Assembly: GCA_023539395.1 (NCBI GenBank)
Contig: JAKCEX010000001.1
Location: 21,193 to 85,192, forward strand
Source: Candidatus Geocrenenecus arthurdayi
GTDB lineage: Archaea; Thermoproteota; Nitrososphaeria_A; Caldarchaeales; Wolframiiraptoraceae
Reading direction: 5' to 3'
DNA length: 64,000 bases
Within the stretch, counting starts at the first letter, position 1. The number at the start of each line of letters is the position of its first letter. The notes under the pieces are model-generated. The model worked only from the letters and a program-made list of their open reading frames with translations. It made no database searches and had not been told where the DNA came from. A program made the translations under genes and the position numbers. Positions 8,787 to 18,874 of this stretch are shown piece by piece.

Positions 8787-9890
8787 TTAAAGGTTTCTGA
8801 TGACTGGTGGAATGACACCGTATCTTATTCCATGGTCAGCTAGTACTATTGCCGTCATTGCTTCAACTACTGGAACAGCTCTAGGGACAATACATGGGTC
8901 ATGCCTTCCACCTACAATAATCTCTGTTTGTTTTCCTGTTTTAAGGTCTATCGTTTTCTGTTTTAATCCAATAGATGATGGAGGTTTAACTACTACTCTG
9001 AAGTGGAGTGGGGCTCCAGTTGAGATTCCTCCGACTACTCCTCCAGCATCATTTTTCTCTAACTTTATTTTTCCTCCTTCTACTATGAATGGATCATTAT
9101 GTTCTGAGCCAAACATTCTAGCTGCTTTGAATCCCGCTCCAAATTCTATTCCTTTTACAGCTGGAATGGAGAATATTGCTTTAGCTAAGTCTGAGTCTAA
9201 TGCATCGAATACAGGTTCACCTAAACCTATTGGAAGACCTGTTACAATACACTCAATTACTCCTCCAACGGTGTCCCCTCTAAAGATTGCTTGCTGAATT
9301 TTTTCTTTCATCTTTACAGCAGCTTCAGGGGTTGGAGCTCTAACATCATTCTCGTATCTATATCTTCTAGCATCATCTAACGTAAAATCTTCTGCTTTCT
9401 CTCCACCAATCTCTAAAGCATAAGCAATTACCTCAACATTTAAGATTTTCTTGAGAAGTTTCTTAGCAACTGCTCCAGCCATTACAAATCCTGCTGTAAT
9501 CCTCCCTGAGAATCTCCCCCCACCTCTATAGTCGTTGTACCCACCATACTTTACATATGCAAAGTAATCTGCATGGCTAGGTCTAGGCGTAAACCTGATA
9601 GACTCGTAATCTTCACTTCTAATATCTTTATTCCAAATAATCATACATATAGGCGCGCCTGTAGTATATCCATTAAAGACTCCTGATAAAATCTCAACCC
9701 TATCTTCCTCCATCCTACTAGTAGTTATCCTAGAAGTTCCAGGCCTCCTCAAGTCTAGTTCTTTCTGGATATCTTCTTCTGAGAGCTCTAACCCAGCTGG
9801 ACATCCATCTATAACGACTCCAATACATTTACCGTGGCTCTCGCCGAAGCTTAGTACCTTAAACATTCTACCAATTATATTGCCGGCCAA
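8787..9890 (-). CDS. aroC: Chorismate synthase.
   Basis: 367 aa. The family signatures GESHG and RPGTSR.T.SR are present, along with the conserved core. Confidence 0.85.
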   Translation of the reverse strand: MAGNIIGRMFKVLSFGESHGKCIGVVIDGCPAGLELSEEDIQKELDLRRPGTSRITTSRMEEDRVEILSGVFNGYTTGAPICMIIWNKDIRSEDYESIRFTPRPSHADYFAYVKYGGYNDYRGGGRFSGRITAGFVMAGAVAKKLLKKILNVEVIAYALEIGGEKAEDFTLDDARRYRYENDVRAPTPEAAVKMKEKIQQAIFRGDTVGGVIECIVTGLPIGLGEPVFDALDSDLAKAIFSIPAVKGIEFGAGFKAARMFGSEHNDPFIVEGGKIKLEKNDAGGVVGGISTGAPLHFRVVVKPPSSIGLKQKTIDLKTGKQTEIIVGGRHDPCIVPRAVPVVEAMTAIVLADHGIRYGVIPPVIRNL

Positions 9891-9924
9891 TTCTATCTTC
9901 TTAGAATTCTTCTTGGAGGCTTAT

Positions 9925-11217
9925 CTATATTTCTTTGAATGAAACATCGAGTTTTTCTAGGTCTTTTAAGAAGTTTGGGTAAGATACCTCCACCCATCTT
10001 AACCCGTTGATTATGCATCCCCTCTTAGTTGATGCTGCAAGAACTGTAAAAGCCATGAATAACCTATGATCATTATGGGCATCAAGCTCAATGTTTCCCT
10101 CAAGTTCTTCTCTCCCCTTAATCTTCATCCCATCCTCAAATACCTCTACGTCTACCCCAAGCTTCATTAACTCTATTGCTACAGAAGAGATCCTATCACT
10201 CTCCTTAAATCTAGCATGCTTAACATCTTTGATAATCGTTAGGCTAGGAGTCTTCGCAGCCATTACTGCTACAACTGGGACTAGGTCTGGCGAGTCTCTA
10301 AGACTGAATACTCTATCACAGATAGAAGGCTCTGAACCCTCTGCAACTATCCTATCATCTTGAATACTTACCTTAACATCAAATTCTCTAAGAATGTCTA
10401 GCATTGCAGAGTCTGCCTGTGGGAGGTTGAGGTTGAGGTTCCCAACCTCGACCCTGCTTCTAGTTAAGCATGCTCCAGCTAGGATAAATGATGCTGAACT
10501 AAAGTCTCCAGGGACTTTAAAAGATATTGGACGACCTTCTTGGTTAGGGCTAACCTCAAATAAAGAGTATCCTTCTCTCTTAACTCTATAATTATATCTT
10601 CCTAGCATTTCTATAGTTGCATCTATGTATCTTTTCGAGACAGGTTCACCTTCAATTCTTATCCTTGTATATTCTTCAGCTTTAGTTGATGCTATCAAGA
10701 GAGCTGAGATAAACTGAGAAGACATATCACCTCTAATAATTGCTTCACCACCTTTAAGTCCTCCCGACTTAACGATTATAGGTGCGTATCCATTTCCTCT
10801 ACTCGACCAGCATTCTACTCCGAGCATTCTAAGAGCATCTAGTAATGGCTGCATGGGTCTTCTCCTTAAACTATCATCACCACTAAGTATAACGTATCCA
10901 GGTGGAGCGAGAGAAGATATAGCTGTAAACAATCTTAAAGTAGTCCCAGAATTCTCAGCATTTACTACATCATCAGGTAAACACAGCTTACCACCACTAA
11001 TTAAGACATAGTTTTCTTTTTCTTTAGCAATCTCTGCTCCAAATTGCTTACATGCTCTTAGGGTTGCCAGAGTATCACTTGAAAATAGAGGGTTCATGAT
11101 AGTGCTGTCACCGCTAGTAATAAGAGAGATAGCGTAGACTCTATGAGTATAACTTTTGCTTGGTGGTGCATCAACCCGACCGCTTATAACTGAAGGAGCA
11201 ACATATAATCTATCCAA
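9925..11217 (-). CDS. aroA: 3-phosphoshikimate 1-carboxyvinyltransferase (EPSP synthase).
   Basis: 430 aa with EPSP synthase family architecture (LPGDKSISHR-type region, two-domain fold). Confidence 0.85.
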   Translation of the reverse strand: MDRLYVAPSVISGRVDAPPSKSYTHRVYAISLITSGDSTIMNPLFSSDTLATLRACKQFGAEIAKEKENYVLISGGKLCLPDDVVNAENSGTTLRLFTAISSLAPPGYVILSGDDSLRRRPMQPLLDALRMLGVECWSSRGNGYAPIIVKSGGLKGGEAIIRGDMSSQFISALLIASTKAEEYTRIRIEGEPVSKRYIDATIEMLGRYNYRVKREGYSLFEVSPNQEGRPISFKVPGDFSSASFILAGACLTRSRVEVGNLNLNLPQADSAMLDILREFDVKVSIQDDRIVAEGSEPSICDRVFSLRDSPDLVPVVAVMAAKTPSLTIIKDVKHARFKESDRISSVAIELMKLGVDVEVFEDGMKIKGREELEGNIELDAHNDHRLFMAFTVLAASTKRGCIINGLRWVEVSYPNFLKDLEKLDVSFKEI

Positions 11218-11420
11218 GCCTTCTTCTTGTTAATGACTACAATCTATCTTTAATATATATCCATCTTCTTTCACTTAATGATTTCCACCCATCGTATACA
11301 CTTGGATCTAGCAGTTTAGCACTATCCTATCTACTCTAGAAGGAGGTATTTTTATGATTATGCCCATGGAGAGGCTGTAAGATATGAAAGTTTATTTAAT
11401 GGGACTGCTCGGTTGAAGAT

Positions 11421-12245
11421 ATGTCTGCTGCTGAGCCTCGTATTGGTGGAGAGTTCTATCATGTTAGAGTGAAGCCTGGGGAGATTGCTGAATATGTTTT
11501 ACTTCCAGGAGACCCAGATAGAGTATTGAAGATTGCTAAGTATTGGGATGAGGGTAGAGAAGTTTCTTTCCATAGAGAGTTTAGAGTTTGGACAGGTATA
11601 GTTAATGGTAAACCTATCTCTGCATGCTCAACAGGTATAGGTGCACCGTCTACTGCTATTGCTATAGAGGAGCTTGCTAGGGCAGGCTGTAAAACGTTTA
11701 TTAGAGTTGGAAGCACAGGTGCTATCCAGAAGGGTATAGATCTAGGTGACCTGATAATTTCTACAGCTGCTGTGAGGCTTGAGGGAACATCTAGACAGTA
11801 TGTAATTGATGGTTATCCAGCTTCTGCAGATTATGAAGTTGTACTAGCATTAATCCAGGCAGCTGAAAATCTTGGGTTTAAATATCATCTAGGTATCTCA
11901 GCTTCTACTGATAGCTTCTATGTCGGGCAGGGTAGGAAGGGGTTCAGAGAATATAGTTGGAGTTATTCAGAGAAGATACTGAGTGATCTTCAATCAATGA
12001 ATGTGTTAAACTTTGAGATGGAGTCATCTATAATCTTTACGTTAGCTTCAATATACGGGCTACGTGCAGGATCTGTGTGTGCAGTATTCGCGAATAGGAT
12101 TGAAGATAAATTTGGGATAGTAGGTGAAGAAGATGCAATCAAGACAGCCATTGAAGCAGTAAAGATTCTATACGAATGGGATGAATTAAAAAATATCCAT
12201 GGCAAAAAATACTTCTATCCAACTCTCTTAAGGATTGGACGCTAA
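11421..12245 (+). CDS. Nucleoside phosphorylase of the PNP/UDP family 1 (uridine or purine nucleoside phosphorylase-like).
   Basis: 274 aa with the LPGDPDR motif and a DeoD/Udp-like core. Confidence 0.6.
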   Translation: MSAAEPRIGGEFYHVRVKPGEIAEYVLLPGDPDRVLKIAKYWDEGREVSFHREFRVWTGIVNGKPISACSTGIGAPSTAIAIEELARAGCKTFIRVGSTGAIQKGIDLGDLIISTAAVRLEGTSRQYVIDGYPASADYEVVLALIQAAENLGFKYHLGISASTDSFYVGQGRKGFREYSWSYSEKILSDLQSMNVLNFEMESSIIFTLASIYGLRAGSVCAVFANRIEDKFGIVGEEDAIKTAIEAVKILYEWDELKNIHGKKYFYPTLLRIGR

Positions 12246-12345
12246 GTTATGATTAAAAAGCTGCATCCTAGACAGCATCTATTTAGAAAAAATATATAAT
12301 AACAAGCCTGCAAATCTCCTTTAGGAATAGAGGGGTATTGAGAAC

Positions 12346-12603
12346 TTGAGCCGTGATACCCTAATTGGTATAGTAATTCTTGTTCTATCAATAGTAGGGA
12401 TAGTAACTTATAATTGGCTGCTATTCTTTACTGAGTGGGGTTTGATGATACTAAAGATAACCGCATTCATTGCTGTCACAGGGGTTCTCGCAATATTTGC
12501 TTGGATTGGATATACACTAGCTACTACTCCACCTCCGAAGCCGATAGAAGAGATCGAAAAGGAATTAGAGAAAGAGCTAAAAACCGAAGAAGAGAAAAAG
12601 TAA
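12346..12603 (+). CDS. Small membrane protein (two TM helices plus a charged C-terminal tail).
   Basis: It has a hydrophobic N-terminal part and an EEIEKELEKELK tail. No homolog is recognised. Confidence 0.3.
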   Translation: MSRDTLIGIVILVLSIVGIVTYNWLLFFTEWGLMILKITAFIAVTGVLAIFAWIGYTLATTPPPKPIEEIEKELEKELKTEEEKK

Positions 12604-12664
12604 GCTAAAGAGGTACCTGAAATACTCTAAAACTTAATTTCTGCCTTTATGTAATTGGTAAGGT

Positions 12665-13579
12665 ATGAAGATTACATTTAAGACATCAACTGGTAGATCA
12701 GCCCATCTAGAAGTAAGTAGATTAAATCCATATATCCTCACAGGTGGCTCACCAAGTAGAATCAAGAAGGTTGCTGAATTTTTAGAGAAGCCAGAAGTCT
12801 TCGTGGGAGAGAGAGGCCACGTAGTAGTTAATGGGTTTTATGATGGTCTAGGAATTTCAGCTATCTCAACTGGGATGGGACCCTCAAGTGTAATGATAAT
12901 CCTTCCTGAGATTATTGAAGCTGTGGAAGATGATTTCATGGTTATCCTTAGACTTGGAACATCTGGTTCTCTTCAACAGTATGTTAAGAGAGGCCACATC
13001 CATATCCCAATATCATGTGTAAGAGATGAAGGAGCAACTACAGCTGTAATAGGTTTAGAGTATCCGGCAACTACAAGTATAGAGTTAATACCTCTATTAT
13101 TGAAAGCCGCTGAAGCAAACGGCTATATTCTTGGAAGGAATCTCTGGATAGGACCAGTCCATACAAAAGATGATTTATACTTTAGGGAGAGGCCAGGCTT
13201 TTCTCCCAGGAGGCTGGAACTAAAAGAGAGGATTAAGTCTTTTGTTGAAATGGGTGTAATCTCAAGTGAGATGGAGTTTTCAGCATACTGTATATTGAGA
13301 GACTATTATGAAGGATACCTTGATAAGAGAATATTTACTGGATGCGCTCTAGCAGTAGTAAGCGATTATTCTGAAGAAGGATTGATTGATACAAGCGGGG
13401 TAGATTCTTCTAAGATTGACTATGAGTTGATAAAGATAGGTTTAGAAGCATTCAGCTTATTTAGAAAACTGAAACAGAAAGAAACAGTAAACATAGACCA
13501 TGTTTACAATCTACTTCTCTCATTAAATCCTCGAAGTAGCTACATCTCTGGAAAGAAAGATGAACCGGCTTCCAAATAG
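12665..13579 (+). CDS. PNP/UDP-family nucleoside phosphorylase-like protein (second paralog).
   Basis: 304 aa. The motifs ILTGGSP.R and STGMGPSS are typical of the phosphorylase-1 fold. Confidence 0.45.
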   Translation: MKITFKTSTGRSAHLEVSRLNPYILTGGSPSRIKKVAEFLEKPEVFVGERGHVVVNGFYDGLGISAISTGMGPSSVMIILPEIIEAVEDDFMVILRLGTSGSLQQYVKRGHIHIPISCVRDEGATTAVIGLEYPATTSIELIPLLLKAAEANGYILGRNLWIGPVHTKDDLYFRERPGFSPRRLELKERIKSFVEMGVISSEMEFSAYCILRDYYEGYLDKRIFTGCALAVVSDYSEEGLIDTSGVDSSKIDYELIKIGLEAFSLFRKLKQKETVNIDHVYNLLLSLNPRSSYISGKKDEPASK

Positions 13580-13587
13580 GACCTACA

Positions 13588-14463
13588 TTACTCTAAGACC
13601 TTGACTTCTGCTATCTTGTTATTGGGTTTAGCCTTTAATGTTTTCCCAAAGTTTTTGAATTCTCTTTCTACTTCATCTTCGTATTCTGGTGTTGTTACTG
13701 CAACTATAGCTGGACCTTTACCTGATACTCCACATGCAAGTATATTCTTCCTCAATGCTGCTAGCATCGGTCTATAATCTATGTCTAGTGCAGAGGCTAT
13801 TATAAACCCATTAATTATCATAGCATCCCATATAAGCCCATTTAATGCTAATGTAACAGCCCTACTTGATAGATTTCTAATATTCTTGAAAATCTCTACG
13901 TTTAATTCCCTAGTATATTTCTTCTCCTCGGGTATGCTTATCAAAATGCTTAAGTCTTCATCCATGCTCCAGTGTGTAAGTATTTCTCTCTGATAATTAT
14001 CTGTAATATTTACACCACCTATCATGCATGTTACAGCATCATCGAATGCTCCTGTAATAGATACGCCTGCTTCTATGCAGGCATCAACAGCTAAGTTAAC
14101 GGCATCTATTAAGTTTAATCTTACACCTAAGAGTTTTGAGACTGCGAGTACAACCGCATCAGAGACTGCACTTGAACTCTTCAAACCTCTAGCAATAGGT
14201 ATATTTGAATAAATATCTAAATGTATACCAGCTTTCCCCTCACCTACAATATTCAATAGCTTATCTACAACTTTTTCTAGGAGCACAGTATCTTCAACCT
14301 CTTCATCTTCTAATTTAATCTCTACATCCAGTTCTCTCTTATTACTCTCAAAAAGTTCTGCTTCAACGATCGTTGTTAGGTCTATTCCTAATGCTGCCCC
14401 TAACCCAGTTGGGATAGCATTAACGATTGAGACTGCTCCATGTACTATTGCTCTAGTCTTCAT
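13588..14463 (-). CDS. aroK: Archaeal GHMP-kinase-type shikimate kinase.
   Basis: 291 aa. It shows clear collinearity with archaeal shikimate kinases (AIVNAIPTGLG, TGAFDD, the KPNN C-terminus). Confidence 0.7.
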   Translation of the reverse strand: MKTRAIVHGAVSIVNAIPTGLGAALGIDLTTIVEAELFESNKRELDVEIKLEDEEVEDTVLLEKVVDKLLNIVGEGKAGIHLDIYSNIPIARGLKSSSAVSDAVVLAVSKLLGVRLNLIDAVNLAVDACIEAGVSITGAFDDAVTCMIGGVNITDNYQREILTHWSMDEDLSILISIPEEKKYTRELNVEIFKNIRNLSSRAVTLALNGLIWDAMIINGFIIASALDIDYRPMLAALRKNILACGVSGKGPAIVAVTTPEYEDEVEREFKNFGKTLKAKPNNKIAEVKVLE

Positions 14464-15316
14464 CTCTTCCCCACTTCTTTAATGCTTCCTCTGCAACCCT
14501 CCACAAGATATCCCTAGGAGGATGTAAGCCTGTCCAGAGCTCGAAAGATTTAACAGCTTGCTCGATAAGTGGTTTTAATCCATTTATTGTTTCTGCTCCT
14601 GCTTTCTCAGCTTCTTCTAAAAGCTTAGTCTTTAAGGGGTTATAGACGAGGTCTAGTACTGTGGAGTTTCCTGGGATGTCGTTGGAAGATAATGGGGTTT
14701 CATCTTGACGTGGCCACATACCTATAGGTGTTGCATTGATTATTATAGATGAAGTTCTAGAGTATCTTCCCACCTCTGCGAGGCTTACCGACTTCATCTC
14801 TAAATCATTCATCTTAAATATTCTAACTAATGCAGCAGCTCTCCAAATCCTTCTATTTGCGATAACTATTTCTTTTATCCCAAGATTTTTCAAGGCTACT
14901 ACTGCTGCTCTTGCAGCACCTCCAGCTCCTATAATCAATGCTCTCCCATCAAGGGTGTTCCTTGAATCAAGTAAGGATCTCTTGATACCTTCTACATCAG
15001 TATTATATCCTATCAATTCATTATTCTTCAATACAACTGTGTTTACTGCTCTAGTCTCCTTTGCTGTTGAATCAAGTACATCTAGAAGCTTGATTATCGC
15101 TACTTTATAAGGTATTGTAACATTAAAGCCTACAACATTTAATGATTTTAATCCTTCAACTACTCTACGTAGGTACCTTGACTCAATATCAAATGATAGA
15201 TAAACAATATTTAATCCAAGATGTTTAAATGCGGAATTGTGTAGCTGAGGAGAGATAGAATGCTTTACTGGATGACCTATTAAGCAGCAGAGTCTAGTCT
15301 CAGAGTTTATCTCCAT
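14453..15316 (-). CDS. aroE: Shikimate 5-dehydrogenase.
   Basis: 287 aa with the N-terminal substrate-binding motifs and a Rossmann GAGGAARA. Confidence 0.8.
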   Translation of the reverse strand: MEINSETRLCCLIGHPVKHSISPQLHNSAFKHLGLNIVYLSFDIESRYLRRVVEGLKSLNVVGFNVTIPYKVAIIKLLDVLDSTAKETRAVNTVVLKNNELIGYNTDVEGIKRSLLDSRNTLDGRALIIGAGGAARAAVVALKNLGIKEIVIANRRIWRAAALVRIFKMNDLEMKSVSLAEVGRYSRTSSIIINATPIGMWPRQDETPLSSNDIPGNSTVLDLVYNPLKTKLLEEAEKAGAETINGLKPLIEQAVKSFELWTGLHPPRDILWRVAEEALKKWGRDED

Positions 15317-15990
15317 ACCCCTCCACTCTCCAGCATAGTCATTATCTCAATTATTTCTCCAACGGTTGGTTGACCTGGAGCTACTTCTTCTCCTGGCAGG
15401 CATGTATAGATTATTGGTGAACCCATCAATATTGAAAGTATCCGTGATAGTAGACCCTTCTCTCCTAATCCAAATGCTATAAGCTTCTCAGGTGGGTAAA
15501 TCTTGTAGAGCCGGAGTATCCTTAGATTTTCTTCGAAACCATTAACCTTTGTAACTATTTTTGCAATATCACCCAGCTTAAGCATTTCCAAGGTTATCAG
15601 ACTTAGTTCATCAAGGCTTGGAGTATTATCAAACCTATGCCATGAGATAATCCTAGTACTTTCTTTATTAAATCTCAGCATAGAATCTTTTACTGTTTTG
15701 AGTTCTAAATCAATGTATGCAGGCTTAAGTCTAAGTAATTCCTTTAATAATTTGATTCTCGATTCTTCTTCTCCTCTAAACTCTCCGCCTTCCCATTGTG
15801 GTCTTACAGTTATGATTATTCTATTGCTTAGGTCTAATACTAGTCTCGTTAATTTCTCTATAGAGGGATTCTCTAGGTAATCTATTCGGAGCTCAACTAA
15901 GTCTCCTCCAATATCTAATGCTCTCTTAGCTTTCCATTCTAGTTCATCGATGTTTCTAGCTTTAACACTTACACAGATTTTAGGCTTCAT
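15307..15990 (-). CDS. aroD: 3-dehydroquinate dehydratase, type I.
   Basis: 227 aa with a type I DHQase TIM-barrel signature. It overlaps aroE. Confidence 0.75.
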   Translation of the reverse strand: MKPKICVSVKARNIDELEWKAKRALDIGGDLVELRIDYLENPSIEKLTRLVLDLSNRIIITVRPQWEGGEFRGEEESRIKLLKELLRLKPAYIDLELKTVKDSMLRFNKESTRIISWHRFDNTPSLDELSLITLEMLKLGDIAKIVTKVNGFEENLRILRLYKIYPPEKLIAFGLGEKGLLSRILSILMGSPIIYTCLPGEEVAPGQPTVGEIIEIMTMLESGGVWR

Positions 15991-15993
15991 TTC

Positions 15994-17064
15994 TTATCTT
16001 TCAATGATGAATTCATCGACAGTTTTTCCAAAATGCCTGGCTTTAAGTTCAGAAACATGGACGATGACTTCATCTCCAGCTTTAATCTCAGTAACAGGGA
16101 TTAGTGAACCATCACTTCTTATAAGCCTGATTGTTTCAGCGTCCTGTAAGATTACTGATCCTTCTATACCTTTAACCCTAGCTTTGATCAATTTTAGCGG
16201 TCTCCTCTCAATTTTAACTCTACCAATTGAGGCTACCCTTGTTTTTCCACTGCTTGAAACTATCAATACCCTCATGCCTGACGATAGTTCTGAGAGATAC
16301 CTAGTTGACCCATTAGGCATCATTACATAGCAGTGTACTGCTCCAGCGTTCACTCTAAATGGTCTAGGAGATGTGAATGCTGAGCCTATGTTTTCATTAT
16401 GTATTAAGAAGAAGAATTGAGCAGTATTGCCTACAAGTAGTCCCTCTCCTATATTAAGAATTGTAACTGTATCTACGCATACTCTCTCCCCTATTCCTGC
16501 ATTCTTGACCTCAGTAACTTCTGCATACTCCAGTCCTATAATGTTGGTCAACTTAATGATTTCATGAACTGCATCTAAATCTTCAACACTATCCACTTTA
16601 ACTACTACTCCATCAACCCCTCTCTCTAATACCCCTAGGAGTGTCTCAGTCTCATTAAGGTTTGAAGCATAAGCATATAGTTTAACGTCAGCATCTTGGA
16701 GTTGAGCTACTAGGTTTTCTAGAGGAATAATCTTCCATGAAGGTGTATCTACAAAGATGATTTTAGCACCTGTGGATGCAGCTTTCAAGACCTTCTCAAT
16801 ATCTCCAGCTTCTTCTACCTTAACTTTCACAGGCTTTAGTCTTCTCTCTCCAAGTACCTCGACTACTTCATCTTCTCTCTCAAGATAAACATTAAGGTAA
16901 TCTTGCAGATCTTCAGGGATACTACATGAAATCTTACAGTATACATCTTTAATGCCTAGAGATAATGCATGCTCTATTAGCCTTCTATCTGGATAACTTG
17001 GAGAGATTATAATCTGTTTATTCATGATTTCTTCCACCCGCCAGTACTTGTAATGCTTCTTCAA
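15994..17064 (-). CDS. aroB': 3-dehydroquinate synthase II, the archaeal AroB' of the ADH pathway.
   Basis: About 356 aa. It shows the family-typical length and N-terminal region. It overlaps the upstream ADH synthase ORF, so the true start may be the internal MNKQIIIS. Confidence 0.7.
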   Translation of the reverse strand: MKKHYKYWRVEEIMNKQIIISPSYPDRRLIEHALSLGIKDVYCKISCSIPEDLQDYLNVYLEREDEVVEVLGERRLKPVKVKVEEAGDIEKVLKAASTGAKIIFVDTPSWKIIPLENLVAQLQDADVKLYAYASNLNETETLLGVLERGVDGVVVKVDSVEDLDAVHEIIKLTNIIGLEYAEVTEVKNAGIGERVCVDTVTILNIGEGLLVGNTAQFFFLIHNENIGSAFTSPRPFRVNAGAVHCYVMMPNGSTRYLSELSSGMRVLIVSSSGKTRVASIGRVKIERRPLKLIKARVKGIEGSVILQDAETIRLIRSDGSLIPVTEIKAGDEVIVHVSELKARHFGKTVDEFIIER

Positions 17065-17821
17065 CAGTTCTACCTTCTATTACTACTGCTCTAAGAGCTC
17101 TCGTGATAAGCTCTGGGTCTTCATGTTGAAAGACGTTTCTACCAAATGTTATTCCGAACCCTCCTGCTCTTACAACTGCTTCAGCAAGCTCTAATACCTG
17201 TCTATCATTATCAAGTTTTGGTCCACCTGCTGCAACTACTGGTACTGGGCATCCTTTCACTATAGGCTTTATTTCGTCGGGGTTTGAGGAAGGCATGGGC
17301 ACCTTCACGATGTCTGCTCCTAGTTCAGCGGCTACTCTAGCTACGTGAGCAATTACATTCGGGTCATTCGGGTTTTTGATATTCTCTCCTCTAGGATACA
17401 TCATTGCTATAAGTGGGATTCCCCATTCATCGCATTCATCAGCCATCATGCCTAACTTAACTAGCATATCTTGTTCATCTTTGTTACCTATATTGATGTG
17501 GAGGGAGATAGCATCTGCTCCAAGTCTTATTGCTTCTCTTATTGTTCCTATTCTAACCTTCCAGTTGGGGCTAACTGATAAATTGGTTGAAGCCGAGAGA
17601 TGGATTATGAAGCCTATTGTTAATGGTGAAGGTAAGCTCTTGAATATTCCTTTATGTGCTAATACTGCTGTAGCTCCTCCCCTCTCAACTTTCTTGATTG
17701 TTTCATAAATATTGTCTATCCCCTTTATTGGACCAACAGTTACTCCATGATCCATTGGGATGCAGAGCATTCTATTATTGAAAGTTATTCTAGATATTCT
17801 AACTTGTTTACCAGAGACCAT
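17018..17821 (-). CDS. aroA': 2-amino-3,7-dideoxy-D-threo-hept-6-ulosonate (ADH) synthase, an AroA'-type class I aldolase of the DhnA family.
   Basis: 267 aa with a class I FBP-aldolase-like TIM barrel. The position between asd and DHQ synthase II fits the ASA+DKFP route. Confidence 0.7.
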   Translation of the reverse strand: MVSGKQVRISRITFNNRMLCIPMDHGVTVGPIKGIDNIYETIKKVERGGATAVLAHKGIFKSLPSPLTIGFIIHLSASTNLSVSPNWKVRIGTIREAIRLGADAISLHINIGNKDEQDMLVKLGMMADECDEWGIPLIAMMYPRGENIKNPNDPNVIAHVARVAAELGADIVKVPMPSSNPDEIKPIVKGCPVPVVAAGGPKLDNDRQVLELAEAVVRAGGFGITFGRNVFQHEDPELITRALRAVVIEGRTVEEALQVLAGGRNHE

Positions 17822-17827
17822 CTTCCA

Positions 17828-18874
17828 TCACTCCAAGTATCCTTTAACTGTAAGAAGCTCAGCTGTAAGGATAGCTGTACCAGCTGCACCTCTAATCCTA
17901 TTATGGCTTAGAACAAAGTATTTTAGAACATTCTTAGACTCACCTCTCCTTACTCTTCCAACAACTATACTCATCCCCGGGATCGTTCCAGCATATACGT
18001 CTAGCCTAGGTTGAGGTCTATCCTCTATATCAGTAACAAGTATGGGCTCTTTAGGAGCTGTTGGCAGGTTAAGCTTCTGAGGCTCACCCCTAAACTTCTT
18101 GAATACTTCAATAACTTCATCTAATTGAACTTCTTTCTCAGTCTCAACATATACTGCTTCTAAATGCCCATCGATCGTTGGAACTCTAGCACATGATGCT
18201 TCAACAGGGAATCTCGCATATTCTATACTGCTACCATTAAATCTTCCTAGAATCTTCTTTGTTTCCTCTGAGATTTTCTCTTCTTCCTTCTTTATGTATG
18301 GTATTATGTTTCCGAGGATAGAGTAGGATGGTACTCCTGGGAAGCCTGCACCTGTTATTGCTTGATATGTTGCTACAACTACCTTGATTACCCCATATTG
18401 GTCTAAGACTGGTTTAAGGGAGAGAACAAGCCCTACAGCTGTACAGTTAGGGGTAGTTACTATGAATCCTTCAGTTTTCTTCTTTTGGATGTTTATTAGT
18501 TCAAGGTGGTCCGGGTTTACTTCAGGTATCATTAGTGGTACGTGAGGCTCCATTCTATGTGCTGATGCTTCACTAACAACTGGGAAACCATACTCAATGA
18601 ATCTAGGTTCAATCTCTCTTGCAGCATCCGAAGGTAGCGATGAAAAAACTAGGTCAGCATCAAACTTTTTTGGGTCTGGCTCTACAACTTCGATATCTTC
18701 AACTTCTTCGGGAACATTTCTTAAGGTTCTCACTGCCTCACCGTACTTCTTTCCCACACTCTTCTTCCCAGATAAAGTTGATATCTTAAACCATGGATGG
18801 TTTACTAACAAATCAATGTATTCTACTCCAACCATTCCTGTTGCTCCCAGAATACCTATTTTTATAGTCTTCAT
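17828..18874 (-). CDS. asd: Aspartate-semialdehyde dehydrogenase.
   Basis: 348 aa. The N-terminal Rossmann is GILGATGMVG and the core carries the catalytic Cys. Confidence 0.85.
   Translation of the reverse strand: MKTIKIGILGATGMVGVEYIDLLVNHPWFKISTLSGKKSVGKKYGEAVRTLRNVPEEVEDIEVVEPDPKKFDADLVFSSLPSDAAREIEPRFIEYGFPVVSEASAHRMEPHVPLMIPEVNPDHLELINIQKKKTEGFIVTTPNCTAVGLVLSLKPVLDQYGVIKVVVATYQAITGAGFPGVPSYSILGNIIPYIKKEEEKISEETKKILGRFNGSSIEYARFPVEASCARVPTIDGHLEAVYVETEKEVQLDEVIEVFKKFRGEPQKLNLPTAPKEPILVTDIEDRPQPRLDVYAGTIPGMSIVVGRVRRGESKNVLKYFVLSHNRIRGAAGTAILTAELLTVKGYLE

Noticed and set aside
8800-9297. 165-aa plus-strand ORF inside aroC. Similar antisense or alternate-frame ORFs lie inside other genes, for example 675..890, 1002..1256, 10091..10591, 14736..15110, 36591..37178, 40623..41006 and 60365..61068.
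   Set aside because: They are embedded in strongly supported genes on the other strand or frame. They have low-complexity Ser/Pro/Thr-rich translations and no start-context support. They are typical shadow ORFs.
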